From: Lingula anatina
Taxonomy: Eukaryota; Animalia; Brachiopoda
NCBI GenBank assembly: GCA_051362555.1
Contig: CM120640.1
Location: forward strand, 50,570,788-50,634,787
Reading direction: 5' to 3'
Length of the DNA: 64,000 bases
Both the position numbers and the translations under genes were made by a program. This document shows positions 24,461-39,900 of this stretch, piece after piece (positions within the stretch are counted from its first letter, which is position 1; each line of letters starts with the position of its first letter). The notes beneath the pieces are model-generated. The model was given only the letters and a program-made list of their open reading frames with translations. It was not told where the DNA came from and did not search any database.

Positions 24461-27242
24461 TTGTAAAAAGGCAGTTTAAACTCGGTTTAATTGGTTAAAT
24501 TTATGTTGTCTTTAGATACGTCAGTGGCTTCATTAGCGACTGTGGAATGAAGAAAAATGATTTTTATTCATTTTTCAATTTACCTTTAAAAATTTTTAAT
24601 TTTAAATTTCCTCTTTTGTTGCAAATTGTTTATCGAAATCATTATTCAAATATTTCTGACATCAGATACAAATAGTACTAATTAAAATGCGAGTAAAATC
24701 GTATTTCCACAAGTTGTGTGATTATTATTGATTGTGTCACGGACGTTGGTTTTTTCTTAGTTTTGGGACAATCATAACAATACCATGTATGACACGAAAA
24801 AACGTGTTTTTCTGCCCACTGATTTTCCTTTCCTAACGTTCCTCCCCAATCGCCCAAAATGTTAAGATTGCCTCTCAAATGATTAACAAATTACGCTCGA
24901 ATTAAGCATCCCCAAATATCGAAAAGGGAGTAAGTCGACTGACAATTAAAGCCAAACACTTTTTACACAGAAAGGTGACCCTTGCGCCTTTTTTGTGCGA
25001 ACATGAAATGGCCAGGTCGTAGATGGACGGGTTGAAGGCACAGAAATTGCTCGCTAAGATCATACAAGGGTGGTAGACACATCGTCTTTGGCACCATGGT
25101 CGGCGCAAGTCCCCGAACATGTGCAAAACAGTTACACATATCGGTAAGGAGGTTGGTTCCTGAGAGGTGGGAAATATATCGCTGTAATGGCAGAGTAGAT
25201 GCCTAATGGATGGCACTTAATTGATTACAGATGCAAGTTCTTACAGTCAATCTGAACGTTGTTACTGCCTGCAATGTGCCACCTTTCTGCTCCCTTGACT
25301 GACATATATCATGCGTCCGTCGAACGTTGATGACGGCGACGGCAGTGCCTCCACGGTAATTTTTAAGCTTCTATGACCATACTTTTACTTTCTTTCCGTG
25401 TCCCTTCGTCCTACCCCCGCCAACCTTCCTCAGTGATTCACAAATGAAAGATAAAAATGCAATCTCACATAAATATATCTATTTTTAACATACTTGATAC
25501 TCTGCCGCGAACGAATTGAAACCGATTTGATTTAAAAACTTTGTTTTGTATGGTTAATGCGAAAAACGCAAAGGATTAGTGAAAAAATTAAATTATGATG
25601 CAATCCAGGAATATTCCCACCTTTAAACTTACATAATTATGAAGATTGCCAGAAAGTTTTAAGCATTTATATACATGCATAAAGAAACATTCTTCAAGTT
25701 GTTATGAGATCAATCTAGACGTGAATAATTGCGACGTACGGGTATTTTCACTTTCACCGTGACTGTGAGTCTTGGAATATCTGCTTCAGATTTTAATGTT
25801 AATATATGTTATGTATACAACCATGAGGCATTTTCATACGCACTTATTTAATTAATCTGAACTGCATTACGATGTAAAAAGGCATTAAATTCTTACTATG
25901 TCATATATTTCAAACCTGCAGCACAAATGTGGTAGGTGGATTTCGATTGGGAGAGCCAAGAAAACATCGTCACTGCAGCATTTCAAACCTCAAACTACAT
26001 GTAGTTTCTTTAAAAACAGTCGGTTATTATTTCCTGTGTTGTGAGCGATATGAGAGAGGATACGTGTGATAAATTAACAATAACTGCATACGTTCGTACT
26101 GACATACACACTGGCGCTAAATTTTTCGGATTTGAACGACACCTGGTTGTGACGGATGATCGGATTGAGGTAACGTCATGTCTTGCGTCTGCTCCTCATT
26201 ACTGCAACACAACAGAGGAAGTCTCGCGGGAAGCGGCCAAGTGCACTGCAGTGATTTACAATCAAAATAAAGCACAACTATTTGAACTGTTTCCGCCAAT
26301 TCAGCCCCGTAAGCCTGTCCCCACGTGACCTTTGTTTCTATTTAATTCCTAACGAATGAAACGAGAAAATATATTTCTCTCCTACTGGGACATTTTATAG
26401 CACTGTACAGGAATCTGTACGTGAGTTTATAGAAGTATTCGCAGAAGGGCAGTTCAGTAATGTGCTGTCAACATGCACATTTTGCAACAAATTCTTGATC
26501 GTTTAAAGCACTAATTCTCCTTCCATTTTTAGCAACCAGTTTTTTTTTAAATATTTTTCCCACTAAACCTCTTTAACGGCATTGGTTTTAATATCTAAAA
26601 CAGTCTCTCCGGAGTTTGATTTTATGTCTATTGTCCAGTGAAATTGAAACTACAAATTGCATTAGACCAAAATAAGAAATATGTACAACGTCTGCAAACG
26701 ATCAAGGTAGCTTCAGCAACATGCCACTGAACTAATATTCGGTTTGATAATCCTTTTATTTATTTTATGTGTTTTCTCTCCGGGATAGCTGAATTTCGCA
26801 TGTATATCACACCATCTTGGCAAGGCGCCCACGCTCAGCTAGTGATGGTGTAACCATACGTGGGGCTAGACAAGGTAAAGTGATCATTTAAACAGTACTT
26901 AGGCAAATCTTGGGGGCACTTCAACGGGCTCACGAGACATAACGAGAGAACGGCGAGGTCCACACATTCTTGTTCTATCAAATCTTGAGCCGGTGAAGAT
27001 TTGTTATTACTTTCTGGAAGCTGCTGCCACTGTTGTGTAAACCAGCTGATGGTGAGAGCCGACAGACGTTCATTCTCATACACATTTTAATGGCCCATAG
27101 ACTGCGGGTTTTAGCTTGTCTCCCGTGATCGTGTGCGTGTGCTTGCTTGCTTGCTGGGTTCCCTGCATCTTCAAGAGTTATAGTATTTGGTTATTGGAAA
27201 CAGCTCTCAGATTGTGTGACAGGACGAGTAGAGGTTATCATC

Positions 27243-27288
27243 TGCGCATGTCAGAGGTTTGACCCGACTTAAGTCTTATATATATTAA
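27243..27288 (+). promoter_or_regulatory. Candidate SVEP1 proximal promoter (TGCGCATG motif plus TATA-like TATATATATTAA)
   Basis: The motifs lie ~170-215 bp upstream of the ATG at 27460 in a CpG-rich region. This is a positional inference only. Confidence 0.25.
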
Positions 27289-27459
27289 GGCAAGAAGTTT
27301 GCCTTCAATATCAAAGGATCCTATTACTGTTCTAAGAATTATTCGCGGACAATTTACCAGTGCTATGCACTAATTATTAGTGCTTATAAACCCCATAATG
27401 CAGCATGAATGCTGTCGCCAGCGGTGGATACAAGCAGGACCAGTGGACGTAGACTCAAA

Positions 27460-27951
27460 ATGTTTGGTGTGAAAGTATGTATGACGCTGTTGTGGCTTTG
27501 TTTATTGCCTGGCTGGCTCAGGACAGCAGCACACGTCAACGAATTTTTGCCATTGAGGAACAACATACAGACGTTACCTCAACATGGACGGAAAAAAGTA
27601 GAAGTGCTGGGTGAAACGCTCAAGCGGCAAGTGTCTAAGCTCAGACAAACCGCCAATCAACAGGTGGATTTAGTGTTTTTGGTGGACAGCTCAGGCAGTG
27701 TTGGCGAAATAAACTTCTTCAATGAGCTCAAATTTGTGAAGAAACTTCTTGCCGACTTTACTGTAGCCGAGCATGCTACACGTGTTGCCGTGGTAACGTT
27801 TTCATCTGCATCTCGCATCGAACGCCACGTCGATCATCTCACACGACCAACTGCAGATCGACACAAATGTTCCCTTTTAGAAGAGGATTTACCAAAGATT
27901 TCCTTCACTGGGGGTGGGACATATACTTTAGGGGCAATGGAAGAAGCGAAG
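27460..27951 (+). CDS. SVEP1: SVEP1 exon 1: signal peptide and N-terminal part of the VWA domain
   Basis: [20 protein letters not shown] signal-like stretch, then [14 protein letters not shown] and [10 protein letters not shown]. Donor GTAGGT at 27952. Confidence 0.9.
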
Positions 27952-30933
27952 GTAGGTGAATGAATCTGTCAGAATTAGTTAATTAATATAGTTGGTCTTC
28001 TGTTGGAGTTGTTGACCCGTTAGAGTGCACACAATTTAATATTACGGCAACGAACTCTGTGAGACTGTAGTTATGTAACAAGAAGACGAAATGATAGGCG
28101 GACACCCAAGAATCTGTAAAAGTTTATTGGGTCCAATGAAAAACGAACCGAATCGGGTCAGACGCATGGTGGTTTTAACTGCAACCCAGACATTGTAAAT
28201 TTCATCAAAGTTCTTGAATTCTAAGTGGTAACCAGTCCCAATTGGAGAGGCGTTTCCAGTTTCACAACAATTATTCCTTTCTGCCTGTATCGACTTCATA
28301 CAGCTGCAGCTCGGCCCGACCTGTAACGGGGCATTGCACAGCAGCCCGACACACAGATGTTTACTATTCAACCTCTTGTAGGAAAGAGGGATTTAGAAAA
28401 ACCACGCTACGTTATACTCAACTCCGCTTTGGTCGATTCAACATAGTTTTTTGCAGAGAGAAAGGGGGTGGTTTAAGTCAAACGTGCGTTGGCTGTGTTA
28501 TTCTTTGTACTCTCCTGGTGTGCAGGATCTTCGTTAACAGGTGGCGCATAGATTTGTTTGTCTTTGCTGTCTATTGCGCGCTTCGTCTGATCTGTCCATT
28601 TTATGCGTCCAGAAGTTTTTAATTGCCCGTATAAATAACCATTATGAACGAATTTGTCTATACTTTTTCGACACAAATCAAAACAGCATTTTCAATAAAC
28701 TTCGCTCTTCAATCGAAGAACTCCAAGCTTTATTTGGTTAAGTAATCTGGTTAGTTTAGTCTTAGGTTGTTTTATCTCAAAAGCGTAGTACTTGAAGGAT
28801 AAGGCAGTTGATAGCGAAATCCTCAGACGTGGTGAATTTTAATGTTTTAAATGGAGTGTTTAATTTTAATGTTTTAAATGGAGTGGTTGGTCGAAATTGT
28901 TTGAGATACCCCACTTTCTCTTCGGTGACTGTAGACCCCCACAACACCTCACTCCACCTGTCGGTAAGAATATTTTATTTTAAATGTTAATGTTTCTCCC
29001 CAGTTCTATTTTATTAATTTTTTTTCGACATAGGCTCAGGGCAATCACGCATAAAAATATCTTGCAATTTGTCAAACATTAAACCGTTAAAATGGTTCGC
29101 ATAGAAAGTTGAAAAATATCATGCAATTCTTTCTTGTTTGGGACAGATGTTCATAGAACGCTAACCGTAAGTAGCTACTTATAAACGACATAAATTGTGA
29201 TATTAGTCATGACTATACTCTGCTATCAAACGTCAACATGAATATAAAAAAATCAAAAATAAGTCTGCGACCACCCGTATAGCTACTTGAAAGGAAAGTT
29301 AGATAACAAGGCAGCGTGGATTTAGTGGAATTTCACCAAGTATAATAAGTAACTTTAGATCTTTATTTTAAGTCGTTCATTCTTTTGCCTTACCTTCATC
29401 CTCTCTCTTTCTCTCTCTCTCTTCCCCCCTCTCAAACATTTCTATGACGTTAAGAAAGTAAAAACATGTAAAAGGCAAAAGGGAGAAAGATGCATTATTG
29501 AATGTTACAAACCTGATTATATTCAACTATTGCACATGTGTGATTAGAAATAAGAAGGTTGGCACAGCAGATATATGAGAAAAATCGAGCTTAGCCAAAC
29601 ATGAATGAGCAGAAACCTCCCGTGGTGAAGCTAGTTTAATAGTTTGAAAACAGGGTTCCCAAATACTGCCCTTTCCAAAAGCGTGACTAAGAAAGTAAGG
29701 CAACATAATGTGATGTCAAGAGAGATCTATGGCAGCCCATCTGTACGGCAATATCGGGTCGCTGCGCTTGGATTCATAGAGAATATCTCCGTCATCAGCA
29801 CATGTGTGAAGTAAGTTTGCAGGTGTGGCACGCATTCCTCACCACGGTTCTTAGACAGAGTTACGTTTTATCGCAGTTTTACTCGTTTTTTATTATTAAA
29901 AGATAAGTAGTGAAGAAAACTGAAAGAGTGAAGAAACGAAGGGTGTGGTCAAAATATGGTCCCCTAATGATACTGTATCTGCGTTGTACCCACCACTTTT
30001 TGAACACCGTGGATTTAATAACATGAGATTGATTTATAATTATTTGACATTTATTCCATGATTAAGAAATAATAAATTTTCATACAAATATTGATTGTGC
30101 CAAACTTAATGAAAATGTTCCTTTCCTTTTCTTATTCTTTTAGGTCCAGGTATTTTTAAAAATTAATATGCTCTTTACATCATCTTTGTGAAAAATTAGG
30201 AGACATTAAACTAATGCACACCAAATATTCATGTTGTGGAATTTTACATCATTCTTGTTTATTTGTTATTTAGACTGCTTTTTTACACGGAAGCGTTTTT
30301 AACTTTTAAACATTTTTGACTCTTGCGCTGTTGTGGATCTCTCAAATACATTGCAGTCGACAAAAACAATTTCAAATAGAAACATTCGTAAACGTGAACG
30401 AATAGTCATTATAGATTTCAGTTTTCCATCAAACTATCATTTATTTAATGCATTTCTTAACGTTTTCATCTAATTTCCTTTTATGCGCTTAATTTCAAGG
30501 CATTGAGAAAATGGTTAGCTTTCAAACTTGAAAAATTGAGAATAAAAAAGTGTCAATGACAGAATTTTAGTGGGTAATTTCTTTCAATGTAACATCTGTC
30601 TTTGTTATATAAGTATTTTTTAAGTTGGCATAAGCAATCGACCCTTCAGTATCAGGTCTGACTGTTTATATCAACCGTGTGACATTTCAAACTAATCAGA
30701 GAAGCATATCGTCGATTTACGGTGTCAAATTCTCCTTTATAATCTTCAAATTACACTATTTACGCCCATATCTTTCATCCCGCCGTGCTGGTGAACCTTT
30801 TATAGGGATTGATGTAAACAAACGTGCTCTCACGGAGTGGAACAGTCGTCATTTTAAAACTCATTGGCTTTTCAATCTCATACTAAACAAATGTCCGCAT
30901 TGCTTCAATATAATTCTAAACCCATAATATTAA

Positions 30934-30987
<54 letters not shown>

Positions 30988-32178
30988 TATTATTATTATT
31001 ATTATTATAGTTCTTCATAGTTAATATGTGTTTTTGAACTATAAGCTCGTAAGAATAGACAAAAACTTAGGCAAAGATAGCAAAAAGTTCTTTCCTGTTT
31101 ATATTTTTCTCTGGTTTCACGAATATGTCGTCTGCATGTCTACCTACTTATCTTCTATCTCCGTTGTTTATTTTATCAAAGAGTTTCCAAGTGAAAAAAT
31201 ACCGATGAGAAAGTTGTAGTGTTAAATGTGTACTTAAAGTTTGATAAGTCTAAACCATAGGGGAGAGAGAGAGGGAGAGAGAGAGAGAGAGAGAGAAAGG
31301 GTAAGAAAGAGGGTTTTACTTGTAAATCTAAAAAATATTACGTCCCTGGTGTTTCTTTATTTCATCTGTCCCCATGGAGGGTCGGAGTTAAGCATTTTAT
31401 TCAGATTGAGCGCATGCACGACCCGCCAAGGAAACACTTGCCACCAATGATATATGTCCCTAGGCCATGTGCGACAAAAATACCCGACATTCTTGTGTCA
31501 ATTACCTTCCATTGAACTGTGTCAAGGCATGCAAAATGAACCTACTTCAAACCACATAATATTACTCAATCGAGAGCTCTACTGCAGTGGTGGTGTAGCA
31601 CGTTGAAACCCTGTGTTTCCCGTGAAAATAACCACCTTGTTCCGTAAAGTTTGTATTTATAAGGCTAATTACTGATAAAAATTTCGAAACCAACTTCAAC
31701 GTGATCACGCCTGAAATGAAAATGTTCCAATCCTTCCTTTTAATTATCTACACAACGGACATCTTTTTTGATTACCTAAATGCACGTATACGTGTGCTTT
31801 TGTACCAACTGATCATGACTTTATGCTAACTCTAAACCATGCATTGCATTTTTGTTACTATGGATGGGAAATATAAATTTGATTAATAGGTATTGTATAA
31901 TTTTGCTTTTTATACATTTCAAACTATATGGGTAAAATATGTTATAATAAATCTACTGTGAGAAAGCTGGGCATTTGGAGGAAAGACGCGATTAAGGAAC
32001 AAACTATAGTATTTGTATAAAATTGCAAAATGATTTACAACCCTCTTTTCAAATAGTCTATAGAGAAGACTGATCATATTGCTAAAAATTTGAACTTTCA
32101 TCACAGAAACCTCGAATATGGATATCATAACCGCATTTAAGAATTTCCATTTCCGGGTCCTTATTGTCTTTTCTCTTC

Positions 32179-32244
<66 letters not shown>

Positions 32245-32812
32245 CGAGCAGCAAATTGAAATAGGGGAGAAATTTGTCGCATCATATTAATAAAGAGAAT
32301 ATTCCCCCATTTAGAAAAGACTAAGCCATCAAACAAATTATAAAGATAAAAAAAATGTTTTCTAACAAATAATTGTGGTAGATGTGCTACGATTCTGTAC
32401 GGTATTTTCGTCTTCCTGAGTCCAATGACCATGCATATTTATTATGGACGTTTTGAAGTCTAGCCAACTTATTTCAATCTTTTAAAGAATGCGTGTCAGT
32501 GGACTTCATCCTGCAGGTCTTGAAATAAGAGAGCCTCTTTACTGAAACACTTCCATTTTCAAGGTTCTGGAAAGTCTAGTTTTAATGCTTCTTATTTTTA
32601 AATTCAATTGCATCGCATTCTGCATAAAACATGACGTATATATATGTATAAATGGCAATTTAAATTTTATTGTTGCTCATATAGGTAGGCCTATACAACC
32701 CATATGATATAATTTTAGTAGTTGAAATGACTCAATCGTATTTGAATCAATTTGCGATTTTATTATGCAGATGTTATTTAACAATAGAAGCACTGGAAAC
32801 CCCTGAATAGCA

Positions 32813-32851
<39 letters not shown>

Positions 32852-33938
32852 TGGAAATACATATTTCTTTCTATAGGAAATTTTGGCGGCGGGCCGTCAA
32901 AATTCTTCCAAAGCTGTAATATTGATAACAGATGGCTACTCTAATAATGGGGATCCACGGCCAGTGGCCAAGGCCCTTAGGGACCAAAACACCAAAGTGT
33001 TCACTTTCGGTATACGAAACGGTAACACACGTGAACTTCGAGAAATGGCTTCAGAACCCAAGGATGAGCACAGTTACATTTTGGACAGTTTTGAAGAATT
33101 TGAGGCCTTGGCTAGGCGAGCGTTACACGAAGGTGAGCTGATATGAAAATGTTTGTAAATACTGAGAAAATTCACATACATGCGTGCACAATAAGAAAGC
33201 AGTTTGTTTCTCTAAATTCCTTTACTGCACACAGAGGTCAGTCAGAAAGGCAATGCCTGTAATAGTTCCATTCACTTCTAGACAACTTTCTTAAATTTTA
33301 ATAAATACTTTCATAGATCTTCAAACTGGTGGCTATGTAACACAAGACTCAGAAAAATGTGACAACCTTTGTGAGGAGGGAAAGATGTGCTGTGACTCGT
33401 CAGCAGCGTGCAGATGTGGAATACACACGGGACACTACCAGTGTGTTTGCGACCCAGGTTTCTATGGTAACGGTTTGCAAGGCGATTGTAAAGGTAAAAA
33501 CACTATCGGTGGTATTAAGTAACGTCTTAATGAACCTTTTCTGTCTTGCAAAAGTATGTTTAAATTAAATTGCCAAAACTGTTTGATGATTTTAAACTAC
33601 AGTAATATGTTGCTATACAGAGTAATCTGCCATCGATGAATGGCTGGTAATTTGTCTGTGAATATATCTAAGAACACCGTTTTGTTACTCTTAGATTTGA
33701 CCTATCTTGTAACTGTTTCTCTGTATTATAGGCAACTTACATCCCCAAAATCCAACCCAGTTTTCAGATACTCTGCACAAGCGTAAGGCTTTCTTTATAC
33801 ATAGGTTTTACTCTCAGTATTTTTTGTAGCCTTTATATATCTGAATAGATAGATCTGAAAAGGTGTGAAAATTTTAAAGTGCCCCATCTTTTAGAGTTCA
33901 TTAACTCATTCATTCACACACACATACATACATACATG

Positions 33939-33982
<44 letters not shown>

Positions 33983-36900
33983 TTCATACATACATACCAG
34001 ATTAAGGAAGAAAATGCAATAAAAAAGGGGAAAACGTTTCCGACTCGAACAAACACCCAATCGCGAAATAATGAGCAGTTTTTTCCGCTGTCGGGATCCT
34101 GCCACAACTATGAAGTGTATAAATATCTGAGGCAGCTGGAAGAACTGCGCAATTTTCGGTTACCAAAAGAGTAACTGCCTGTGACACAATCAGAAACGTT
34201 AATGATTTGAACCACATCGCCGCATACAGTGTTTAGCCCAAATCAACTCACTATTCACACATGAATAATCGTTCCTACATCTTTATTTTGGTTTCTCTGA
34301 CAAAAAAGGCGGAAATTCCAGATTTCGCTTACTAAAACAAATTGAGATGTCTCGCTTACAGTTTTTTTAACGGTCAGTCGGTCTTCTAATACTCTCTTCC
34401 TAAGAATCTGGGGCATGTCGCTTCTTGCCGGTTAGACATTTTATGTTCCGTTTTTCAGACGCGCAGAAAAAACTAGACCTATATGTCCTCCAGCTACGTC
34501 ACTATCTCTTACAGACATTCGTCATAAGAATCTTAAAAAATAAGCGGAAGATGAAACGTTTTGTTTTGGATGTAGGGTCTAATATTTATATTTGCGTGCC
34601 GTAGAATTGTCTAAAGGTAACTGTTAAATAACAGAGATGCATCTCAAAGCATGTTTTTGGGCGAGTGCTAAATTTGGGTATAAAAGGGGCCATACTTTGG
34701 TTGTCTAATGTCTTCCCGTTTTCCTACAATCTTGATACAATGAAGAAAGCGTCTGCTGAAATCACAAACGCGTTCAACATTCCTTTAGATTAGTTGAATA
34801 AAACCCCTTTCTCAAAATGATATATTTATGTGATATAAAAATTCAAGCAACACACACGACCGTTCACTCGGCTTTGGCTAAGGGAAGAAAAGTGTTCTGA
34901 ATAACGTATACGTAAGTGGTATTTCTGAGTTTGGAACTCTACAGGGAAATTTTTTGTAAGCTTCAGAAGATTGATGGCACTTATGATATTTGTTACTGTA
35001 ATTTTTTCGCACCAATATTCTTTATGCTGTTCTTTTAACGTTGCTTGCTCTCTGCACCAGTTTAACCCCTGCATCGACCCATTGATAAATCGTACAGAAT
35101 TATTCGATCGTCTGCTCTGGGTTTTCTATTCCAAATTGAACAACAGTGTTAGTAAATTTGGACACGTGTTGGGTAATGAAAGAACATCAAATGCCGGCTG
35201 GTGGTCATTCCATTGTTTTGTTAAGTCATCCGAGTTCCAGGTTATTTAGATGATACGAGCCAGGCATTGACTGAAATAAGTTTCAGTGTAAAAAGTTAAC
35301 AGAGCAGAAGAATCTCCCTGGCATTAATTTTCACGTACTGTGAAATAAGGAAACGTTATCATGATGGGAATCTGAACCCAGCTGTGCCTTCTACCAGTCG
35401 AATCGTTGGAAGTCCCCCAGAAGGTGTTGGACTGAAAAGGCTCTCTTGCTTATAAAATTTTCACTGCAACGGGATACTTCCCCTCAGAACCTCTTTTAGA
35501 AAAATGCCTCCCTCGGTCGATTTGTTGAGTTAGGACATATTAAACACATTCTAGGACATTAAGTGAACTTTAAATGGTGTTGGATTAGACTGAAAAAAGC
35601 CTTGTATGAAAATCGCATTCAACAAAATGGAGAAATTGGCTTTTGAAATAGCATGTACCATGGACATATCGTTTCCGTTTATTTCCATATAATAAATGTG
35701 CCCAGGAACTTGAAAGAGACAAACAGTAAGCAACAATGTAATGGGTAAAAACGAAAATCTAAACCCATTTTTCAGTACGAACTTGTGAATTAAAACATCT
35801 TTCATTAACTATCTTAACAGGATGTCCGAGTGGAACATATAAAAATACCTCCATTCCCGGAGATGAGAGCACGTGCACGCCGTGTCCAGATCCCAACCAC
35901 GTCACCCCAGTGGGCAGCACCAAGATCCAGGACTGCACATGTAAAAAAGGATTCAGGACATTTGGAGAGTTTGGATGTGCAGGTATAATTTCAGCCACTT
36001 GCAAATGCACAAAGACCACCAGAATCAAGAGCTGCTATTATATTTCACAGTCTCGATTTTCATTTTTTTTTTTTGCAATTTCTAATAATTCAAGGCTTCG
36101 ATTAAACTTCTAAAAGGCTTGAAAAAGGACACCGGCATAAAAACTCGCCTACACGGGGCAATATTTAATTTCTAAAGTGATATCAGATTTCTCGTAAAGT
36201 GCTCTTTGACATTTATTTAGAACCTTGAACTCTTACAAAACTCAGAGAAAGTCGTTCAAAGAATAATGGTTTTAGCTTCAGAAGATATTTTTCGGTTTAA
36301 ATCTTCAACTGGTTTAATGCCTTTCAATGATTTATTGATTCATATTTTGTATTTTATATGAAGTTCTAACGTGTCCAGACATTGCCCCTCCCGGAAATGG
36401 TTATTTTGTCAAAGGCCAGTGTAGCAATGAGTTCAATGCAGCATGCGGCGGGAGGTGTGCCCCCGGGTATCAGATGCTAGGTAGCAGTGTGAGGCTATGC
36501 CAAGAGGACGGCACGTGGTCTGGCACAGACATCTCTTGCAACAGTAAGAAGGCCTCACTTAAGAATCTCCGTATAGCACACTAAGAAATCAACGAGCACA
36601 TTTACCTCGGAAATTAACGTCAGAGTAGCACTGAAAATTGAAAATAGTTCTTATCATAGAGATGGATTGTCCTACAACTAATTTAAAGGATGGAAATTAC
36701 CGTGGGTTAAATTTTATTGTATATTGGCGACTATTGGTATTAAGAAATTAGATCACAAAAACTATATTTACCTGGTACATTTTAGTAAAGAAGTGTACGC
36801 CGCTGAAACCCCCACGTGGCGGGCGCATGGTTTGCACGAAAAATGACTTCAACTACCAGACAAAGTGCAAATTTTCATGTGACAAGGGGTACGAGCTGCT

Positions 36901-39900
36901 GGGATCCAGTAAAAGAACATGCCTGGCAATAGCTGTTTGGAATGGAATACCGACTAAATGTAGAGGTAGGCTCTTTTTAAATGTGTTTAACGTTCGAAAC
37001 TTTCTGTGACTTTATAAATGACAAGTTTTCTTTTTCTGTCGGGAACTAAATAGTGTGTCAAAGACATGCATACAACTAGGTGCTAGGGAATGTGGTGGAG
37101 AATGTTTAGAATTTAATGAATGTTTAGTTCAACAGCCACACATCTTATTACTATATAGTATTCTTTTTCGTTTGGTAAAACACATGCTATCCATTTAGTG
37201 TTTCCCTTTTTTAAATCTTCAAAGTTAAAAAAAATACAAATCATATTTTAGAGGTCCAGTGCCCTCCCCTACCAGAACTGAAGGACGGTTACGTTGTTCC
37301 TGCAGCTTGTACGACTGAGCCCGCCTCTTATGGTGTCATCTGCACGATTTCGTGTGAATTCGGTTATACCCTTGTCGGGCCGTACACAAGACAGTGTAAC
37401 GAGTTCGGGAAGTGGAAGAGTAGCAGCTTAGTCAGCAAATGCGTTGGTATGACCAGCATTTCTTGTAGTATTTCAGTTGCGTTAAAATTAGCGCAAGAAT
37501 ACATGTAAAGTTTGGGTGTTTAAAAATATTGGCTAGCGTTATCTCAAACCGGACCGGGATTTGCGATCCCGTAAATCGAACCGAAAGAAAGAATTATTAT
37601 AGTTCCAATTCAAATTTATCATTAAGATTCGAACTTATCAATTCTAGACACCACAGAACCCAGCATCATGTGTCCCGATGACATCACAGTGGTGGCGGAC
37701 GACCACGAGAACACGGCTGAGGTAACATGGGAGGTGCCGGTGGCTATAGACAACTCGGGCTACGTACCAACGGTAACAGTCGTGCCCGCGGTCGTTCCTC
37801 CCAGAAAATTCCAAATCGGCAGGACCAAGGTGACATACCACGCTGAAGATCTGAATAAAAACCGCGCCAAGTGCAGCTTTGTCATCACTGTTAAAGGTAC
37901 TTTTTGTTTTGCCTTCCCGTTTCTCTTTCTGTGTTTGCTGTGTCACAGGCTCAGCTACAATTTCCCTACAATGTTTTTGAAAATATGACTTAGTTGAAGG
38001 GTCTGATATGATAGTAGAGGTAAATTTCTATAAAAAGGTAATCCAATAATATTTATGAAATCTTCATTATGCACGCATTCATATGTTGCATACCTAACAC
38101 AAACATGCAAATTACAACCTACGCAAAGATGATCATCAAAGTTTAAAGTTTTATTATGGGTACTGGTTGTTACATTTACACTGGCGCTGTTCTATTCTTT
38201 GTGACAGATGAAGAGCCACCAAGACTAGACAGATGTATATCACCTCCACCCGTGGTATCCACACAACGTGAGCATTACGTGGAATGGGTAGAGCCCCTTT
38301 TCTCGGACAACTCACAGGAAGATCTCACTATTAAGTCTTCTCACAAGCCCGGGATGTTTAAATTAGGGAAAACAGAGGTCTTCTACACAGCCTACGATCC
38401 TTCGGGGAATAAAAACAACTGTACTTTGGAAATCATAGTGCAAGGTTTGTTTTATTAGTTTTTTTTATTGGTTGAATATATTTCTTAAATACTTAGGCGT
38501 TGAATTTGCTCTATCCCTTTGCTTGGTGCAGAAACTATTGCTCGGAGGATACAAATGTTTATGCTCTATGTAGTCGGCGCATGTTTACCCTTCACCAAGC
38601 CAATTTTGTACAAAATCAGTTTTTATCTTTTATTATACAAGTGTTGTCAATTTGGTATACTTATTGAAAAAAGTGATACCGGTACGATAAAAAATTAAAA
38701 GTCAAATTGATATGTAGTAAATGATCAACACTCTTTTATATGCCTTAATTGAAATAACAGTTCTGTAAAGTCGTACGCTTTCTTTGTAAAATGTGTCTAA
38801 ATTATCAATCACATCTCACAGAGTGAAGCTTTCACCAACCTGATTTACGTTTGTAGAGCACAAGTGCACAGTCCCGCCTTCCCCAGTCAATGGTAATGTG
38901 AATTGCAAAGAAAATCAGAATAATATTCACTGCACTTTATCCTGCATGGACGGATATGGTTTTGCAATTGTTCCTCCTGAGTCCTACTCCTGCCATTTTG
39001 ATGAGGGTCGCTGGTCGCCTTCAGATAAGATGCCCGATTGTTCAGGTAATGATGAGTAGGCTAGCTGCTGTTCTGTGTCCAGAAAAGTCCAAAATTTCCA
39101 AAACACATGGTAATACTGTGGAATAATTCTATCAAGATAGATATGAAAACAATAACAGTGAGAATATGGCTTTACAGTTAATTTGCTAAATCTTACCCGT
39201 TTGTTGGCGATGAGTTTTTATTTGAGAAAAAAGGGAGGAAACAGTTAATGGTACTTGCAGTTACGGTACATTTTTTCTTTTTTTATTTGACAAAACGGAT
39301 ATATACTTCTAGTTTGTACGCAGACAATAAATTGAGCACATTGCTTTTCCCTAAGATTGTTTTTGTAACATGTAAACAGTTAGCATCTGCGACAAGTGAA
39401 CATGGTTTAAATGATTTGTGTTTGTAGAGAAAAAGATGTCAAACAATGTTATTCAACCCGCAAGAATAACCTACAAAACCAATGTGTGTGCGGATAGACT
39501 GTTGTTGAACGAACTTGAAAATGATTTGCAGAGTCAGTTGTCGAACAAGGTAATTTCTGCAGACAGACAAAATAACAACGCTTATAATGAGTGTGAATTT
39601 AACGGGTCGAATAAAGAGCTGAATAGTAGGTCTTTTTGACGCAATCCGTCGTTGCGCTATTGTGAAAGCTATGTAACAAGTGCGCTCAAAGAAACTTAAA
39701 ACAGCTTTTTTAGTGATTACCCCACCAAGGAGAAATAAAAGTCACGTTTTCGGTATTCTAGGTTCAATATTGTTGCCAGTGCCTTATTTTTGTAGGTAGC
39801 GCACATCTGTGAAGAGAACGTTATTTGCGGCGTTGAAAACACTGAAGGTATCTGTGAAGAGTATGATAACAGTAAGTATCGCTATCACAGTAAACAACGA

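Noticed and set aside
28042-28990. Overlapping ORFs and a ~27-bp direct repeat (28835-28886) in SVEP1 intron 1
   Set aside because: There are no domain motifs or fitting splice sites, and exon 1 joins exon 2 in frame without them. The repeat is a trivial local duplication.
31919-34217. ORFs with YIYIYI, LLLLL or CVCVCV runs
   Set aside because: They are translations of microsatellites.
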